Below are positions 9,746-18,833 of a stretch of 64,000 bases of DNA, one piece after another (the first letter of the stretch is position 1; every line of letters begins with the position of its first letter). Source of the DNA: a virus (taxonomy: Duplodnaviria > Heunggongvirae > Uroviricota > Caudoviricetes); IMG/VR virus record IMGVR_UViG_3300010163_000008, positions 1 through 64,000 of that record. One strand, 5' to 3'. Position numbers and translations under genes: made by a program. The notes beneath the pieces were generated by a model, which was not told the DNA's origin, did no database searches, and worked only from the letters and a program-made list of their open reading frames with translations.

Positions 9746-10011
9746 TTATGGTGCAATATGACAATTTGTATGAAAAAGGTGACGTTGTAATCTTTGAGAA
9801 GAACGAAAGGCTCATGGTAGGCATTGTTACTGGATATTATGTAGATACTTCTGCCGGAGATTCAATCTGGTACAACATTGCTGTCAATAAAGAGTTTACA
9901 TATACTTATCTGAATGGTGGAGATGTTGCAGAGTTTAATATTCTTTGCAAGTTACAAGACGCAGATTCGGTAGATAAGGTTAATAATTTTATCATAGGTG
10001 AACAAGGATGA
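9697..10011 (+). CDS. hypothetical protein
   Basis: ORF. Confidence 0.25.
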   Translation: MFSWLYILLLERSNKMIMVQYDNLYEKGDVVIFEKNERLMVGIVTGYYVDTSAGDSIWYNIAVNKEFTYTYLNGGDVAEFNILCKLQDADSVDKVNNFIIGEQG

Positions 10012-10195
10012 AAAGATGATACAATCTACAAAATCAAGAAAATATATTCGTAAATGCGGTGTATGCGGTGTACGATATGAACAATCAGAAATGCAAAGGA
10101 ATAAAGATTCACCAAACGGTTGGATTTGTCAAGATTGTATTGTAGATAATAACCCAGAGCAATATTATGATTGGGGGTTATACCCAAACTTTTAA
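9998..10195 (+). CDS. hypothetical zinc-ribbon protein
   Basis: CGVCGV ... CQDC. Confidence 0.3.
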   Translation: MNKDEKMIQSTKSRKYIRKCGVCGVRYEQSEMQRNKDSPNGWICQDCIVDNNPEQYYDWGLYPNF

Positions 10196-10208
10196 GGGGA
10201 GATACATA

Positions 10209-10571
10209 ATGTTTCGTGTTATTATTGCTGGTGGAAGAGATTTTGATAACTATGACCTTTTAAAATCTACAATGGATAAGTTACTCTCAAACAAAGCCAC
10301 GAATGATATTTGTATTGTTTGTGGTAAAGCTAAAGGTGCTGATACATTGGGTGAGTATTATGCTAAAGAGCGCGGTTATCAAATCGACTATTATCCAGCT
10401 AAATGGGATAAGTACGGTACATCGGCAGGGTACTTGCGTAACTGTGAAATGGCGCGTGAATCAGATGCTTTAGTTGCTTTTTGGGACGGCATGAGCAAGG
10501 GTACAAAACACATGATAGACGTGGCAAGGAGATACCATCTACAAGTAAGAGTCAAGAGGTATATAAAATGA
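10209..10571 (+). CDS. SLOG-family protein (DUF2493-like)
   Basis: MFRVIIAGGRDF ... IVCGKAKGADTLGE ... ALVAFWDGMSKGT pattern typical of DUF2493/SLOG Rossmann-like phage proteins; ATG at 10209 after RBS. Confidence 0.4.
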   Translation: MFRVIIAGGRDFDNYDLLKSTMDKLLSNKATNDICIVCGKAKGADTLGEYYAKERGYQIDYYPAKWDKYGTSAGYLRNCEMARESDALVAFWDGMSKGTKHMIDVARRYHLQVRVKRYIK

Positions 10572-10669
10572 GTGGTTTAGAATTGGGAGTTGCTTTTCTT
10601 ATTTGCTTTGGTATGATAGGCATAATCATATGGTTAATGATTACAACTCGATGACAAAGGAGAAATTAT

Positions 10670-10996
10670 ATGACATTCTACATAAGCGGTGATGAAGTTG
10701 TTGCTTGTGCTTTAGTGCTCAAGATGAGAGGGGAACATACTAACATTGTTTCATTGGAAGAAGCACGTTCGATAGCACAAACAATGAGGAATAATTTTAT
10801 TAAACATAAGGTTGATGCGATTGTGACGGATTACCAACTGGAACACGCAGTATATAATAATCCCGGATGGTTTGAGTTTATAAATATTGGTTCAACTCCG
10901 TGTATTAAGTGCAAAGACAACAGAACAGCAAATGAACTAGAAGGTAGATTTTTATGCTATGTGCCCATTAGCTTATTACATTATGCTATGGAGTGA
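10670..10996 (+). CDS. hypothetical protein
   Basis: ORF. Confidence 0.25.
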   Translation: MTFYISGDEVVACALVLKMRGEHTNIVSLEEARSIAQTMRNNFIKHKVDAIVTDYQLEHAVYNNPGWFEFINIGSTPCIKCKDNRTANELEGRFLCYVPISLLHYAME

Positions 10997-11334
10997 TTGA
11001 TATGACATGTTTTAAAATGTTAACTGAATCTCTTTTGGCTACATTAGCATATGTAGCACCAGAAACATACTTTACAGAGCGAGACATTTGCAATTACTAT
11101 TTGTACCTATTGGGGAATATGCCTGTATACATTCCTACTAACCTGAGTGTAGAAATGATTGAATATACTGTTGAGGAATATCCAGACGTGTTTAAGATTA
11201 AACATGAAGGTGATTCAATCGCGATTAGTGGAGATACCACTGATTGTCTAAACTATTTTCTTAGGTGCAGTAATGAAATGCAACAATTAATTTTACGCCT
11301 AACAGAAAGATGGATAAAGGAGAATAAACGATGA
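10993..11334 (+). CDS. hypothetical protein
   Basis: ORF. Confidence 0.25.
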   Translation: MIDMTCFKMLTESLLATLAYVAPETYFTERDICNYYLYLLGNMPVYIPTNLSVEMIEYTVEEYPDVFKIKHEGDSIAISGDTTDCLNYFLRCSNEMQQLILRLTERWIKENKR

Positions 11335-11732
11335 AGATTGGCTTTCTTACATATCCGCATTGTCCAGAGTGTGGATGTGGTAATTGGAAAAATGAGCAAT
11401 GCGAATTTGCTCACATGTGCTACAGAGAAACGATAATCGACAAAAATGCGTATATTATGCTGGAAGGTATACCGTCTGAATGGGTTGAGCCTGATAAGCT
11501 CAAATATCCACCAGAACCAATGCAGATTATCAATCTTGACTCTGACTTTTTAAAAGAAGTGCATTCGATTTTTCAAGACTGTGGATATGGCGAGATAGCT
11601 TGTAAAGAGCTTGGGTTCGTACTTGCCAATTACTTTATGGACGCATTGGTAGAAGCTCATAAGAAGATGAGTCTTGATACCTTTACGCATATAGATAGCA
11701 TCGAAGCTACTCAAACATCACAAAGGAGATAA
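11331..11732 (+). CDS. hypothetical protein with N-terminal Cys pairs
   Basis: CPECGCGNW ... C. Confidence 0.25.
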   Translation: MKIGFLTYPHCPECGCGNWKNEQCEFAHMCYRETIIDKNAYIMLEGIPSEWVEPDKLKYPPEPMQIINLDSDFLKEVHSIFQDCGYGEIACKELGFVLANYFMDALVEAHKKMSLDTFTHIDSIEATQTSQRR

Positions 11733-11734
11733 TC

Positions 11735-12049
11735 ATGACTAAAACATTTCCTATGGCATATATTGAAGAAAGGGTTAGGGATTTAACTAACGTTGAGTAT
11801 TCTAGCGCAGTTGAAGATGATGATGGCGTTATTGAATATATCATTATCTTTTCTGATGTAGATGGTAGGTTCTACAAAATGCAATATAAAATTGACCTTA
11901 CCGGAAAGAAATACCCTAACCCTTGGCGCACATTAGAAGAAATGACATGTGTTGAAGTATATAAAGAAGAACACATTAAATATCGTCTTGACCAAAAGTT
12001 TGACAAATATTGGGAATATAGACAAGAGGATTGGAGGGAAAAATCTTGA
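11735..12049 (+). CDS. hypothetical protein, paralog of 13360-13635
   Basis: shared SDVDGRFY/QDVDGKYW, PW and CxEV segments with the 13360 ORF. Confidence 0.3.
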   Translation: MTKTFPMAYIEERVRDLTNVEYSSAVEDDDGVIEYIIIFSDVDGRFYKMQYKIDLTGKKYPNPWRTLEEMTCVEVYKEEHIKYRLDQKFDKYWEYRQEDWREKS

Positions 12050-12507
12050 ATATATTAGGTACACAGTATACACTGAACAATCATGCGTTTGAAATATATA
12101 TAGCTGGTTGTTCTGGTAAACCACATTGTTATGGTTGTCATAATCCTGAGTCATGGGACTTTAGTGCGGGGCATGTAGATAATGAGTTTTTCCGAATAGC
12201 CATTGCTGAGAAAATAGAAGCCTTTGACCCTATGATTGATAACATCATGATTTTTGGTGGCGAACCTAATGACCAAAAACTTGATGAGTTGGAAGACTTC
12301 TTGAAGTATTTGAAACGATTCAACAAGCCTATTTGGTTATTCACACGCTATGGCATTGAAGAAGTGCCAGCATTTGAAAAAACATTATGTGACTATATTA
12401 AATGCGGTGCGTATTTAGCTAATATGGTTACTGATGATAACATACAATATGGCATTAGACTAGCCACATCGAACCAGAAAATCTACAAGAAGGGAATTGA
12501 TTACTAA
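12031..12507 (+). CDS. nrdG: anaerobic ribonucleotide reductase activating protein NrdG (radical SAM)
   Basis: IAGCSGKPHCYGCHNPESW Cys triad in NrdG-like spacing, about 155 aa, in same early region as nrdD. Confidence 0.55.
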   Translation: MEGKILNILGTQYTLNNHAFEIYIAGCSGKPHCYGCHNPESWDFSAGHVDNEFFRIAIAEKIEAFDPMIDNIMIFGGEPNDQKLDELEDFLKYLKRFNKPIWLFTRYGIEEVPAFEKTLCDYIKCGAYLANMVTDDNIQYGIRLATSNQKIYKKGIDY

Positions 12508-12698
12508 TGATTTGCAAACTAAATCCTAATAAACAAGTGGTTGATAAGATTAAACAAGCAATAAAGGATAACGATGGTTATTGCCCTTGTGTAATTGCAA
12601 GAACACCGGAAACACTCTGTATGTGCAAAGACTTCATTGAAAATGTCAAAGTGGGTGATAAGTGTAAGTGCGGTTTGTATATTAAGACTGGCGAATAA
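12507..12698 (+). CDS. small Cys-rich protein, ferredoxin-thioredoxin-reductase catalytic-subunit-like
   Basis: CPC ... CMC and CKC motifs (YCPCVIARTPETLCMCKDF, KCKCGLY). Confidence 0.3.
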   Translation: MICKLNPNKQVVDKIKQAIKDNDGYCPCVIARTPETLCMCKDFIENVKVGDKCKCGLYIKTGE

Positions 12699-12818
12699 GG
12701 AGGATGTTATGTCAACAGAAGATTGGAAAGACCGTGGAGAAGAAATAATGGGTGCATTAAGACATAATGTAATGCTAACAGAAAAGAATGACAAAAAAGA
12801 AAGAAAGGAAGGTTCAGA

Positions 12819-13379
12819 TTGCTAGTCAATGCTTACTTACATGAAGACGCAATTAAGAAAGAGTTTTATAAAGTCTGGTATGACCCTAAATATCAATACT
12901 ATTCTGGTTGTGGTTGTTTTGGGGAATTTAGTTTAGCGCATAACAATGATGGGAATTACAATGAACATTGTTTTGCCTCTATTAGTAAAAGTGGCGAGCT
13001 ATTAGGTGTTATATCTTATCATGTAGATAGGATGGTGCGCAGTACTCGTAGTTTTGGTGCTATTTGCTTCAAAGATTGTTCTGTAGAATTTGCTAAAGAT
13101 TTGATTCAAGCTGTAGATGATATCTTTTGCAAGTTTGGAATGAATCGCATGGAATTTTGTGTTATTAGAGGTAATCCTGTTGAAGACGCATATGATAGAT
13201 TAGTTGACCGCGCTGGTGGACGTATTTTATGTGTGCGTCATGAAACGGCTGTTAATTTACAAGGGGATTTATGTGATGATAAAATGTATGAAATAATGGC
13301 TGTAGACTATTTTACAACAAAGTTAGCACGAGAAATAAGGAAAAAGGAGCACAGAAATCATGACAAAGAAGTTCAGTAA
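12819..13379 (+). CDS. hypothetical protein
   Basis: ORF. Confidence 0.25.
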   Translation: MLVNAYLHEDAIKKEFYKVWYDPKYQYYSGCGCFGEFSLAHNNDGNYNEHCFASISKSGELLGVISYHVDRMVRSTRSFGAICFKDCSVEFAKDLIQAVDDIFCKFGMNRMEFCVIRGNPVEDAYDRLVDRAGGRILCVRHETAVNLQGDLCDDKMYEIMAVDYFTTKLAREIRKKEHRNHDKEVQ

Positions 13380-13635
13380 AGAATATCTTATGGAAGAGCT
13401 TGGTCTGCCGTATAATAGCGTAGAAAAAACCTTGGTTGATTCTGGAAGATGGGCGCTTACATATGAGATTGTCTTCCAAGATGTGGATGGTAAGTATTGG
13501 CAGACCTATTATAACACAGGTGCAACAGAAATGCAGTATGAACCACCATGGGAATACGAGGATGAAGTTGAGTGTACTGAGGTAGAAAAGCGTCAGGTGA
13601 CAGTTGAGAAATGGATGCCGATTGGTGAACCATGA
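13360..13635 (+). CDS. hypothetical protein, paralog of 11735-12049
   Basis: see 11735. Confidence 0.3.
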   Translation: MTKKFSKEYLMEELGLPYNSVEKTLVDSGRWALTYEIVFQDVDGKYWQTYYNTGATEMQYEPPWEYEDEVECTEVEKRQVTVEKWMPIGEP

Positions 13636-14048
13636 GCGACTTAAGTGCGATTTGTCTCATACTATTAATGGTTGCAGGCGGGTTCATAGGATTAGCTTTA
13701 GCACAGATTGCTACTAGTGATTTGTACCTTAATTTCAAAAAGAGAAGTCGTAGAAAGTTATCTACGATTCACCTAAAGAAAAAGCGCGATGAAGAGCTTG
13801 AGAGAACGCTATGGCTTAACCATATGGAATATCGTCTGCAACATGAATACAACGTTGATGTACTCTATGAGGTATACAAGGAACACAACTCTAATCCTAA
13901 TTATGACGAGATAAGCGTGATATTGGTAGACCGTGATACAAATAAAATGGTGTGGAATAAGTTAACGCGATGGTTAGACGTTCCTCCCGTTATCATGGAT
14001 GTTCTTGACCAGTTGGACAAAGGGGACGCATGGAATATGATTTGGTAA
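13632..14048 (+). CDS. hypothetical membrane-anchored protein
   Basis: N-terminal hydrophobic helix ICLILLMVAGGFIGLALAQI. Confidence 0.3.
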   Translation: MSDLSAICLILLMVAGGFIGLALAQIATSDLYLNFKKRSRRKLSTIHLKKKRDEELERTLWLNHMEYRLQHEYNVDVLYEVYKEHNSNPNYDEISVILVDRDTNKMVWNKLTRWLDVPPVIMDVLDQLDKGDAWNMIW

Positions 14049-14066
14049 ATGAAGGGAGAATGATAT

Positions 14067-14324
14067 ATGTTTGATTTACTTCTATTTCCCATGAGCTTTT
14101 GTATTGTACTTGCGTTTTATAAGTACATAGAATGGCAAACCTGTGTTCAAAGAGAAGTATTGCCTGATAAAAACTCTGATGCTAGTGCAAACATCGTAAA
14201 ACTTACTGTCACCAATAACAATTATGATTCACTAAGTGATGCGCTTGATGAACTAAATCGGGGTGAAGCTCAAATTATTTTAGGTGAACCTTTACATGTC
14301 AACATGAGAGACTATATGCAATAA
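14067..14324 (+). CDS. hypothetical protein
   Basis: ORF. Confidence 0.2.
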   Translation: MFDLLLFPMSFCIVLAFYKYIEWQTCVQREVLPDKNSDASANIVKLTVTNNNYDSLSDALDELNRGEAQIILGEPLHVNMRDYMQ

Positions 14325-14345
14325 TATCTATTAGGATGTGATTCG

Positions 14346-15524
14346 GTGATTCATTTAGGTGACATAACAAAAATAAAAGGTGATGCCATTCCTGTTGTAG
14401 ATTGCATAATAAATGGCTCACCTTGTCAAACATTTTCAATAGCTGGCTTGCGTACAGGATTAAATGGTGAAAGTGGGCTATTTTTAGAAGCAGTTAGAGT
14501 TATAAAGGAGATGAGAGAGTGTGACAAAGCAACTGGAAGGGCAAACGGATTTATTCGACCAAGATTCATGGTGTGGGAAAACCCAACAGGGGTCTTTTCA
14601 TGTCACAAAGGAGAAGATTTCAGAACCGTCCTTGAAGAAACAGCAAAAATTGCAGACCCAAATGCCGTTATTCCTCGACCTCCGAAAAACAAATGGACAA
14701 ACGCAGGATGTGTCATGGGAGATGGGTGGAGTATTGCTTGGAGAGTATTCGATGCACAGTTTTGGGGAGTCCCCCAGCGTCGCCGTAGAATCGCACTTGT
14801 CGCAGATTTTGGAGGACAATGTGCCCCAGAAATACTATTTGAGCGCAAAAGCAGTTGCGGGAATATTACGCAGAGCGGAGAAACGCAACAAGCCATTACC
14901 AGAAATACTAAAGCAAGCATTAATCAATCAGTCGAAAACGTAAAGCCATCATTCTGTATTGCTGGTAATATTATAGGCAGAGGGGATAAGGCGGGTGGCA
15001 ATGGTTACGGCTTTCAAGAAGATATATCATATACACTAACGGCTACAGACCATCATGCAGTTTATTGTTATGATGCAAGAGGTAATGGTAATGGTGATAT
15101 ATCATCTACAATAACTGGCGACCATGAAAATAGAATTACTGATTATACTACAGTTGTATGTATGCCATATAATTCATCCGTAAGACGATTAACACCATTA
15201 GAATGTGAAAGATTACAAGGATATCCTGACCAATACACTGATATTGACAGTTGGACAGATAATAGAGGCAGAGTACATAAATGTAGTGATACGGCACGTT
15301 ATAAAGCGTTGGGTAATTCAATAGCGTTGCCGTCATGGACTTGGTTACTTAGTCGTTTATGTAAATACTTAGGTGATAAACCTACAATGGGCAGTTTATT
15401 TGATGGCATAGGTGGCTTCCCATTGATATGGGAACATATTAATGGACAAGGGTCTTGTTTATGGGCTTCTGAAATCGACTCATTTTGTATAGCTGTAACC
15501 AAAAAGCATTTTAAGACAGAATAA
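14346..15524 (+). CDS. DNA (cytosine-5)-methyltransferase, circularly permuted (motifs IV-X first, motifs I-II at C-terminus)
   Basis: GDITKIKGDAIPVVDCIINGSPCQTFSIAG (motif IV), WENPTGV (VI), QRRRRIALVA (VIII), RRLTPLECERLQGYPD (IX), ALGNSIALP (X), then C-terminal SLFDGIGGF (I) and ASEIDSFC...KHF (II); in-frame stop 24 nt upstream of start. Confidence 0.8.
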   Translation: MIHLGDITKIKGDAIPVVDCIINGSPCQTFSIAGLRTGLNGESGLFLEAVRVIKEMRECDKATGRANGFIRPRFMVWENPTGVFSCHKGEDFRTVLEETAKIADPNAVIPRPPKNKWTNAGCVMGDGWSIAWRVFDAQFWGVPQRRRRIALVADFGGQCAPEILFERKSSCGNITQSGETQQAITRNTKASINQSVENVKPSFCIAGNIIGRGDKAGGNGYGFQEDISYTLTATDHHAVYCYDARGNGNGDISSTITGDHENRITDYTTVVCMPYNSSVRRLTPLECERLQGYPDQYTDIDSWTDNRGRVHKCSDTARYKALGNSIALPSWTWLLSRLCKYLGDKPTMGSLFDGIGGFPLIWEHINGQGSCLWASEIDSFCIAVTKKHFKTE

Positions 15525-15551
15525 AAAAATAAAAAAAAATTGAAAAACCTC

Positions 15552-15592
15552 TTGACAAGCTCTTTCATCTGTGATATAATGATATCACAATG
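15552..15592 (+). promoter_or_regulatory. sigma-A type promoter with palindromic operator over -10
   Basis: ttgaca 15552-15557, 17 nt, tataat 15575-15580; tgtgatataatgatatcaca perfect 8-bp inverted arms. Confidence 0.55.
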
Positions 15593-15606
15593 AAGGAGGG
15601 GACAAG

Positions 15607-15843
15607 ATGAAGCACAAAAGAATCGAACTTACCTATACAGATGGATTCAAAAATGGATATGAACAAGCGATAAAAGATTTTAACACACCGAAGTTTCCAA
15701 TCATGGAAAGATATGATAATTCAAAGTGCCCTCGATGTGGAAGATATTTTGACGAGTACGAAACAAACGAGGATAGTGTTATTTGGAGAGCAGTAACATT
15801 AGAACGTTGCCCATGGTGTGGACAGAAGTTAAAATGGAGGTAA
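15607..15843 (+). CDS. hypothetical zinc-ribbon protein
   Basis: CPRCG ... CPWCG. Confidence 0.3.
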   Translation: MKHKRIELTYTDGFKNGYEQAIKDFNTPKFPIMERYDNSKCPRCGRYFDEYETNEDSVIWRAVTLERCPWCGQKLKWR

Positions 15844-15849
15844 TGCAAA

Positions 15850-16035
15850 GTGATAGTAGGTAAACTTATAGTATCGTTCGTAGCAGCGATTATCATATGT
15901 CATACATATGGAGTATACCGAGATTGTGATAATTTCACCATGAGTGAACTTAAAAGATACTTAAAACGTTCAACTATCGGAGATATCGTCATTACAATGT
16001 GCGTCGCATTATTGTTTCTAATGTATTTACTCTGA
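15850..16035 (+). CDS. small membrane protein
   Basis: two hydrophobic helices. Confidence 0.25.
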   Translation: MIVGKLIVSFVAAIIICHTYGVYRDCDNFTMSELKRYLKRSTIGDIVITMCVALLFLMYLL

Positions 16036-16153
16036 TAGTATGGAGGTAATAAATATGACAACTGGTGAAATCCTTGGAGTAACAATGATAGTAGTTACAT
16101 TGTTCGCTATATTGATTTACTTGATAATAACATATTAGGAGGAACAAAAGATA

Positions 16154-16345
16154 ATGACAATGGTGAGTTTTATTACGTTAGTAGCATCAATATATTTGAT
16201 ATACATATTATGTCAACGGCGTAAACGCAAAAACAAGTTAACACGTCAAGAGCAAAAACTATATTCTGGAAAAATAATTGTTTGTGACATAGTTGTTATC
16301 ACCGGTATCATAATGCAAATCGTATTAAGTTGGATGGCTGTATAA
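16154..16345 (+). CDS. small membrane protein
   Basis: two hydrophobic helices. Confidence 0.25.
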   Translation: MTMVSFITLVASIYLIYILCQRRKRKNKLTRQEQKLYSGKIIVCDIVVITGIIMQIVLSWMAV

Positions 16346-16355
16346 GGAGGACATA

Positions 16356-16541
16356 ATGGCAAAGTTAAATGAAGTAATAGAGCTACAATTAAAGAGCATA
16401 GAAAAACTCTCTGAAATTATGAGTAGTGTATTAGATAGGCAACAAGACCTAGATTTACGTTTGCGACAGTTAGAGACTAGATTAAATAAGTCTGACGATA
16501 TGAACCGCAAGGCAATGTTATCTCTTGCGCAATCATCATAA
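16356..16541 (+). CDS. small coiled-coil protein
   Basis: ORF with ggagga RBS. Confidence 0.25.
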   Translation: MAKLNEVIELQLKSIEKLSEIMSSVLDRQQDLDLRLRQLETRLNKSDDMNRKAMLSLAQSS

Positions 16542-16650
16542 AACACACTATGTGTTTCATATAGATATCTTACAAAAGAAAGTGGTGATATCAATGTGAA
16601 TCTACAAAAAGAAAGGAGACAAATTGACAAAAGAGTAAAGGAGTAAGAAT

Positions 16651-17529
16651 ATGTTTTCATTTATTGGTATGTTATTAATCATCGTGGGTATTGTGGAGTT
16701 TGTTGCAACAACGCTTGTAATTAAATCCAAAAAAGGGCTATCGCTCATCGGGCTATTACTTATTGTATTCGGTATATTGCTTTCAATGTTGGTAATCACA
16801 CCAGCAGGACATACGGGTGTTAAAGTGCGGTTAGGCAATGTAAGTACTACGAATCTCTCTAGTGGGCCGCATATTAAACTGCCTCTCGTTGAAAAGATAG
16901 TCAACATGAGCATTCAGACACAACGCCAGGATGTAGATGGTTCAGCGGCAAGCAAAGACCTACAGGACGTTGGTTATAATGTGTCAATCAACTTCAACGT
17001 TATTGATTCTAAAGCACCAACCCTTTACAGGGATGTAGGCGAAGACGCAGTAACAACCATCATTCGCCCAGCAGTACAAGAGTGCGTAAAATCCAATATC
17101 GCTAAGTACACTGCCGAGGAACTTATCACTAAGCGTACAGCAGTTTCATCAGGTATGAAGGACGATATCACTAATAGGTTGATTGCTTATGGTATTAATA
17201 CCAGCGAGATTAACATTATCAATATGACATTCTCCGCTGAATTTAACGCGGCGATTGAAGCAAAGAGTACAGCTTCACAGAAGGCTCTACAAGCTAAAGA
17301 AGACCTAGAGCGTATTAAAGTTGAAGCAGAGCAGAAAGTTGTGCAGGCGCAAGCAGAAGCAAACGCCAACAAGCTCAAAAGCCAATCCATGACAGATGAG
17401 ATTATGATGAACAAATTTATTGAAAAATGGGACGGCAAGTTACCTACTATTATAAGTGGTGACGGGAGTGGTATGATGTTTGACATCAACAGTCTCATGC
17501 AAGCGTCAGCGGCACAGCCTGCTAAATAA
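16651..17529 (+). CDS. SPFH/band-7/prohibitin-family membrane protein
   Basis: N-terminal TM helices, then TGVKVRLGNVSTTNLSSGPHIKLPLVEKIV ... SINFNVID ... and a C-terminal alanine/glutamine-rich coiled coil typical of SPFH proteins. Confidence 0.65.
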   Translation: MFSFIGMLLIIVGIVEFVATTLVIKSKKGLSLIGLLLIVFGILLSMLVITPAGHTGVKVRLGNVSTTNLSSGPHIKLPLVEKIVNMSIQTQRQDVDGSAASKDLQDVGYNVSINFNVIDSKAPTLYRDVGEDAVTTIIRPAVQECVKSNIAKYTAEELITKRTAVSSGMKDDITNRLIAYGINTSEINIINMTFSAEFNAAIEAKSTASQKALQAKEDLERIKVEAEQKVVQAQAEANANKLKSQSMTDEIMMNKFIEKWDGKLPTIISGDGSGMMFDINSLMQASAAQPAK

Positions 17530-17595
17530 GTTTTAGTTGTAGATTGTAAGAGGGGCTTTTGCCCCTCAAGCATCTACATAAGGAGGGAAATGTAA

Positions 17596-17801
17596 TGGTT
17601 GAACCAATTTCATTATTTCCAAATCAATTACCTAAAGAGCCTACAGTAAGTTTAATATTTACAAGCTCATTTGATTGTCCAAACAATGGCATATATAAAG
17701 CGGCGCGTAGGCAGAATTACAGTCGTTATGAAGAAGGGCGCGACCGTTTGCTGTTAATAAAGACAGAGGAAGGTATCGCAGGAGCATTAAAGCGGTTGTA
17801 A
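17596..17801 (+). CDS. hypothetical protein
   Basis: ATG after aggaggg RBS; preceded by hairpin gaggggcttttgcccctc (17550-17567). Confidence 0.25.
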
Positions 17802-17818
17802 GTTAAGAGGTATGTTAA

Positions 17819-18004
17819 ATGTTTAATTTTCGTTCATTATTTTGTGCGCATGAGTATAAACTTATATGTGAAAGCACAACAAGAGTTGATGATGCTACTT
17901 TTAGGAAGTTTTTTCTTACAGATGGTTATACAGAATGGAACGCACCTGTACAATATTATATGTGTAATAAGTGCGGCAAGATAAAAAGAGTAGTCATTAA
18001 ATAA
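17819..18004 (+). CDS. hypothetical zinc-ribbon protein
   Basis: C ... H ... CNKCG. Confidence 0.25.
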   Translation: MFNFRSLFCAHEYKLICESTTRVDDATFRKFFLTDGYTEWNAPVQYYMCNKCGKIKRVVIK

Positions 18005-18126
18005 ATAGTGTTTGGTTCTATCACATAAGAACCTTAATCCTTTATCTAGGAGCGCAGAACGAAAATAAAAGTGTAGTAATACACTTGAAGCTAAGTTTCA
18101 AGCAACGAAATAAGGAGGATTTTTAA

Positions 18127-18804
18127 ATGATTAATCGTAGTTTAAAAAGTGTTATTTCTATGGCAGTAATTGCAACTTTATGTACTGGTGCAGCTGGTGC
18201 GACATCAGCAGATACGAAAACTCTAATGGATAAAAAACTTGAAGATATTGAGCTACATACCGACCTTAAGGGCGCGGCTCATAATATGGCAGAAGAAGCT
18301 CGTAAGTTAAACCAGCCTGATAGTCATATTATCATTTACATGGCTAAGAGACATTGGGAAGTGTTTAATAATAAGCAGTTAGAGTTAATAAAAGAATATA
18401 AGCAACTTGAAGCTCAATATAATCAGGAGTTAGCAGAAGAAGAAGCCGAGCGTAAACGTATTGAGGAAGAACAGCGAAGAGCGGAAGAAGAGCGTAAGCG
18501 TCAAGCCGCTAAAGGTAGATTCTTAGGGAGTTTCCGTATTTCAGCGTACACACCATCACCTTCTGAGAATGGCGGTTATGCAGTGACGGCTACAGGTAGA
18601 CCATTGGCAGGGAATGAGTGGAGTATTTGTGCTGTAGACCCTAGTGTAATCCCTCTAGGTTCTACAATCTACATAGAAGGTGTAGGTAACGTAGTGGCTT
18701 GCGACACAGGTGGTGCAATTAAAGGTAATAGAATTGACTTGCTTGTAGGCTACGGTCAAGCAAACAGTTGGGGAATACAATACAGAAACGTTTACATAAA
18801 GTAA
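18127..18804 (+). CDS. secreted 3D-domain (MltA-like) protein with signal peptide and coiled coil
   Basis: N-terminal signal-like hydrophobic segment, charged coiled coil (EEEAERKRIEEEQRRAEEERKRQ), C-terminal 3D domain (SAYTPSPSENGGYAVTATG ... ACD ... IDLLVG). Confidence 0.65.
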   Translation: MINRSLKSVISMAVIATLCTGAAGATSADTKTLMDKKLEDIELHTDLKGAAHNMAEEARKLNQPDSHIIIYMAKRHWEVFNNKQLELIKEYKQLEAQYNQELAEEEAERKRIEEEQRRAEEERKRQAAKGRFLGSFRISAYTPSPSENGGYAVTATGRPLAGNEWSICAVDPSVIPLGSTIYIEGVGNVVACDTGGAIKGNRIDLLVGYGQANSWGIQYRNVYIK

Positions 18805-18833
18805 AGGTATATGGAATGAATGAGAGGTGTAAG

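Noticed and set aside
14521-14943. 140-aa ORF in an alternative frame entirely inside the methyltransferase gene
   Set aside because: Fully nested within a well-supported CDS whose motifs span the region; no RBS or independent conservation is evident. Most likely a chance ORF in a locally GC-richer stretch.
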